Source: Rhizaria sp. SCN 62-66
Lineage: Eukaryota
Assembly (NCBI GenBank): GCA_001724265.1
Contig: MEDY01000009.1
Location: 248,001-282,264, forward strand
Length of the DNA: 34,264 nt
Reading direction: 5' to 3'
This document shows, piece by piece, positions 30,834 to 34,264 of the stretch. Below the pieces are notes generated by a model. It did no database searches. It saw nothing but the letters and a program-made list of their open reading frames with translations, and was not told the DNA's origin. A program made the position numbers and the translations under genes. The first letter of the stretch is position 1; each line of letters begins with the position of its first letter.

Positions 30834-31473
30834 GCGCGCCAGACAACACGGATGCGAACACGTGCAACACGCAGCACAAATGCGTGCGTGCACAGTGTCG
30901 TCGTCGTCTCCGCGTTGTCGACTTGTTGTGGTGTCTCACTACGACCGTCGGCTGATGGGGGATTTGGTTGGAGGATAGTTTGCTTTTGATTGTCAAAGGC
31001 TTTCTTTCAGTACCCTTTGTGTATTGTATTAGTAACATTAACAGTAGTCATATCATAGCACGTTGTATTTTCTCTGTGCTTGCGCTAAGTAGTAGCACAG
31101 TTACACACGTAGGCCCTTTTGTGACAGTTTGCCATTATTGTTGGTTGTTTTGTCTCATTTCTTTCGTCTCTGCCGCTCTATACGTAATAACGCGTTGAGT
31201 TTGTTTGATGTGCGCAGTTTTGGTACTGTTCACTCAGCCTTGTCGGACCACCTCTAAATTACAAACCAACAACATACATTTTTCAGAACACGCGTAATCC
31301 ATTTCAAAAGTATTCCACCGTAAGACAAGCTGGATTCATGCTTGAATGAATTGCTATTCTTTATTTCAACAACATTTAAATCCCATATCTCAACACCACA
31401 ACGAACCAGCAAAGTCAAAGTAAAACAACACGAACACTCATTTGTTTCTCAAATTGTTGCTCATACTATACAC

Positions 31474-33208
31474 TTACCACACGCGACCGTAGCGGTATCC
31501 GGCATTCTTCCGCGTGTAGACCTGGACAATCCACGTCCAGCCGAAGACGTAGAGCGCGGCCAGCGCGAGCGGCAGGATATCCTTAAGCCCGGCCGTCTTA
31601 GGCAGGACCTTGGCAACGACAGTGACAAGCGCGTCGTCGAGAGTGATGGACGGCGGTACATCGCCCGAGGCGACCGCGGCGGCCTCGGCGGAGACTGGCA
31701 CGTCGGCCGCGCGGGCGCGGCTCGCCTTGGCGCTCTTACTACCGCTGCCGCTGCCGCTGCTGTCGGAAGAGGAGGAGGCGGCGGCGGCGCTGGAGCGCGC
31801 GTCCGCGACGGCGGCCTCAAAGGCGACGTTCTGCTTGACCTCGAGGTGCTTGGCCGAGGTCGAGCGGTCGAAGGCGTAGGCCGTAAGCAGCACGCACACG
31901 AGCGCGCAGGCGAGGTACGACGCGCCCAGGATGACGGACTCGGCGCCGAACTGCTGCTGGTGTCCGGGCGCGATGTAAGTCGGCAGCCCGTCGCGGCCGA
32001 TGCCCGAGAAAGCAGTCTTGCTGATGACGTTGAACATGCCGCCCGACACGCCGTAAATGTAGCCCACGCAAGCTCCGACGGCGTAGAGCGGCGTCAGGCG
32101 GCGGAAGAAGGAGAGCTTGTCGTAGAAGAAGTAGAGCGCGACGACGACGGCGGTGATGATCGCCAGCCCACCGAGCGCGGCGGACATGGGCACCGCGGCC
32201 GTGGGAAGCGCGATGGTGACGCCCGTGGCGCGCGCAACGAAGGTCACGACGTCGTTCGGCGACGGGGCCTGCGAGGGTGAGAAACGGTGGCGCGCGGCGA
32301 GCACCAGGTCGCGCGGGGTAGAGCGGCGGCCGTCGAGCGTGAAGCCGAACGCGACGCTGCTGGGCGGCTGCAGCGAGAAGGCCTTGATGGCCTCGGCCTG
32401 GTGCGCGAGCTCAAGCGTAACAAAGTACACGGGCACGCCGTCGCCAATGAGCGCGGCGTTCTGTGAGCGCAGGCGGTCCGACACGACGGCCTGCGCGGCG
32501 TCGAGCAGCCGGCACACGTCGCAGCGGTGCGCGTTCGTCAGCGCGGTGCCAGTCACAATGACGTGGTAAGGACGCGGGCCGGCAAGAATCAGCTCGTCTA
32601 CCTGCGCGGCGTCCATCGAGATCTGCCCGCTGGGCGCGGCGGCGGCGAGGCGGCGCATCTCGGCGCCGTTGGCGCGGGCCTTGCTCTGGATGTCCACAGG
32701 CAGCTTAGCGAGCTCGGCGTCGAGGTTGAACGACTCGCCCGAGCCGCCCATCACAGCGGCGCTCGCGGCGGCCTCCCACTTGGCGAGGCGCTTCTCGCGG
32801 CGCTGCAGACGTTGGCGGGACTTGTCCGCGGCGGCCTTGAGGGAGGCGTCGGAGCGCGTCTTGAGCTTGCGCGCGATGTCAGAACGCGTCTCACTGCGCG
32901 CGGCCCAGCGCGAGCGCGTCTCCTTGCTCAGCGCGGCGCGGTGCTCCGGGGACAGCTTCGCCTTCTGCGCGGCCGCGAGCGCGTTATCGAGCAGCTTGAC
33001 CTGGTCGTCGGTCAGACCGACGTACTTGCTCGAGTCTAAGGCGGAAAATAAACGGTTGACAATGTAAGTGACGCTCTAGAGAGACAGAAGAAGGGCATGT
33101 GAAACAATGATGCAGCAAAAACAACGATTACGTACCAGCCATGACGGGCGATGCGAGAAGCGCGGCCAGGGCACTGACGGCGAAGAGCCAGATGGTGAGA
33201 AGACGCAT
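31474..33208 (-). CDS. Oligosaccharyltransferase OST3/OST6 (MAGT1/TUSC3-family) subunit; exons 33208-33136, 33035-31474 (544 aa)
   Basis: Signal peptide MRLLTIWLFAVSALAALLASPVMA; thioredoxin-like PRPYHVIVTGTAL...CDVC (CxxC); four hydrophobic segments; SGGMFNVI, QQQFGAES and C-terminal YTRKNAGYRY as in the family. Ends TAA. Confidence 0.88.
33036..33135 (-). other. Spliceosomal intron of OST3/6 (100 nt, phase 1)
   Basis: GTACGT donor, tattttccgcctTAG acceptor; links the signal-peptide exon to the main ORF in frame. Confidence 0.88.
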
Positions 33209-33422
33209 CAGCTCTGAAGGGAGTCGCAAGGGTTGAGCAGAATGATAGCGAGGAAGATATCAAGGGAAGGACGTGAGGCTTCGGAATGCGATTGAATGAA
33301 AAATAATCTTCAAACATATGATCTAACATTACTGACTTGTAGACTATTATGTTGAGTGAAAACGCCAGGGCAGATCAGATTAGATTGAGGCTTGATGAGC
33401 CACCAGTGGACTGGCTTTCGCG

Positions 33423-33435
33423 GTTCGCGAAAAAG
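33423..33435 (+). promoter_or_regulatory. GTTCGCGAAAAAG motif in the OST3/6 / RPL19 divergent promoter
   Basis: Identical to 13269-13281; preceded by an inverted TTTCGCG (33416-33422). Confidence 0.45.
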
Positions 33436-33667
33436 CCTGGCTGCGCGACTGCGGCAGTGATGAGAGCGACGATCGAGAACGAAAATGCGGCACTTGTCGG
33501 GTCCAGACAGCCAGTTGCAGGCGTCAAATAGACACTTCAAAGTATCGTAAGCTATATTCGGCGCCGTTCTATTCGTACATTTATTGACATTCTCCGAGCC
33601 CTTCGCATAGCTCCCGTGGCTCACTTTCCCTTTATGTCTCTTCGCTCCGTTGTCTTACTCTTCATAG

Positions 33668-34264
33668 ATGGTGAGTCTGAAGCTTCAGAAGCGTCTCGCC
33701 GCTTCGGTTATGTCCTGCGGCAAGGGCAAGGTTTGGCTTGATCCTAACGAGGCCACCGTTATTGGCAAGAACGGCACTTCCCGTACGTACTTCTCTCCCT
33801 AGGAGCTCTCACTTTCTCTCTTGTTCCTCACTCACTTCCATTAGCACTCGCTTTCCTGCCACTGGCACGTTCGTTGCTTGCATTGTTTGCTGATCATGTT
33901 GGTCCAAAATTAACCGCATACTCACGTTTTTCTTACATCCTTCTCTCACTTAATCTCAATCTTATCATTGTATAGGCAAGGGCATCCGCAAGCTTGTCAA
34001 GGATGGCTACATCGTCCGCAAGCCCAACGTCGTGCACTCGCGCTTCCGCGTGAACCGCCGCGCTGAGGCCAAGGCCAAGGGCCGCCACACCGGCTACGGT
34101 AAGCGCCGTGGCTGCGCCACCGCGCGTTTCCCCACCAAGGTCATGTGGGTCCGCCGCCAGCGCGTCCTCCGCCGCTTCCTCAAGTCCTACCGCTCTTCCA
34201 AGAAGATCGACTCCCACATGCACAACGAGCTCTACGCCAAGTGCAAGGGTAACGTCTTCAAGTC
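33668..34264 (+). CDS. RPL19: 60S ribosomal protein L19 (eL19), truncated by the window end; exons 33668-33782, 33976->34264
   Basis: [28 protein letters not shown]...[12 protein letters not shown]...[12 protein letters not shown]...[21 protein letters not shown]. Missed by the ORF track. Confidence 0.98.
33783..33975 (+). other. Spliceosomal intron of RPL19 (193 nt, phase 1)
   Basis: GTACGT donor, ...cattgtaTAG acceptor; restores the conserved SRxxIRKL. Confidence 0.93.

Noticed and set aside
88-33067. Numerous long overlapping and antisense ORFs in the track (e.g. 5879-7201, 11401-12975, 17988-19688, 22538-24355, 29322-30893)
   Set aside because: Shadow frames of GC-rich genes with biased codon usage; the translations are R/G/A-rich with no recognisable motifs.
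13920-33208. A glycosylation gene cluster (GH2 plus OST3/6)
   Set aside because: The two genes are separated by unrelated loci and the neighbourhood is a mix of housekeeping functions.
33783-33975. Intronic snoRNA in RPL19
   Set aside because: No convincing C box (RUGAUGA) with D box and terminal stem, or H/ACA layout, by eye.

Overview
Gene-dense eukaryotic (protist-like) nuclear DNA with very GC-rich exons and short (100-193 nt) AT-rich GT-AG introns whose donors are almost all GTACG(T/C). Nine protein-coding loci, in order: (1) a 3'-truncated, Ala-rich leucine-rich-repeat gene (-) whose single reading frame is broken by one in-frame TAG inside a Gln tract; (2) glutaminyl-tRNA synthetase (-, 3 exons); (3) dynactin Arp11/ACTR10 (+); (4) an ABCH-type half transporter (-); (5) a 3835-aa membrane-anchored GH2 endo-beta-mannosidase-like glycosidase inflated by huge in-frame insertions (+); (6) an orphan coiled-coil-repeat gene (+) that also has one in-frame TAG, followed by a T34 tract; (7) a BRCT-WGR PARP (+); (8) an OST3/OST6 subunit (-); (9) RPL19 (+, truncated). 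The most striking signal is that TAG interrupts two otherwise open frames and ends none of the six complete, confidently identified genes (5 TAA, 1 TGA). This fits low-frequency UAG-as-sense (probably Gln) decoding with UAA/UGA kept as stops, but nonsense alleles or sequencing errors cannot be excluded from this window. Other signals: 3' splice-site-like sequences right next to start codons, a 13-mer shared by divergent promoters, and pervasive Ala-rich protein inflation. All family assignments come from remembered motifs, not database searches, and the organism was not identified.
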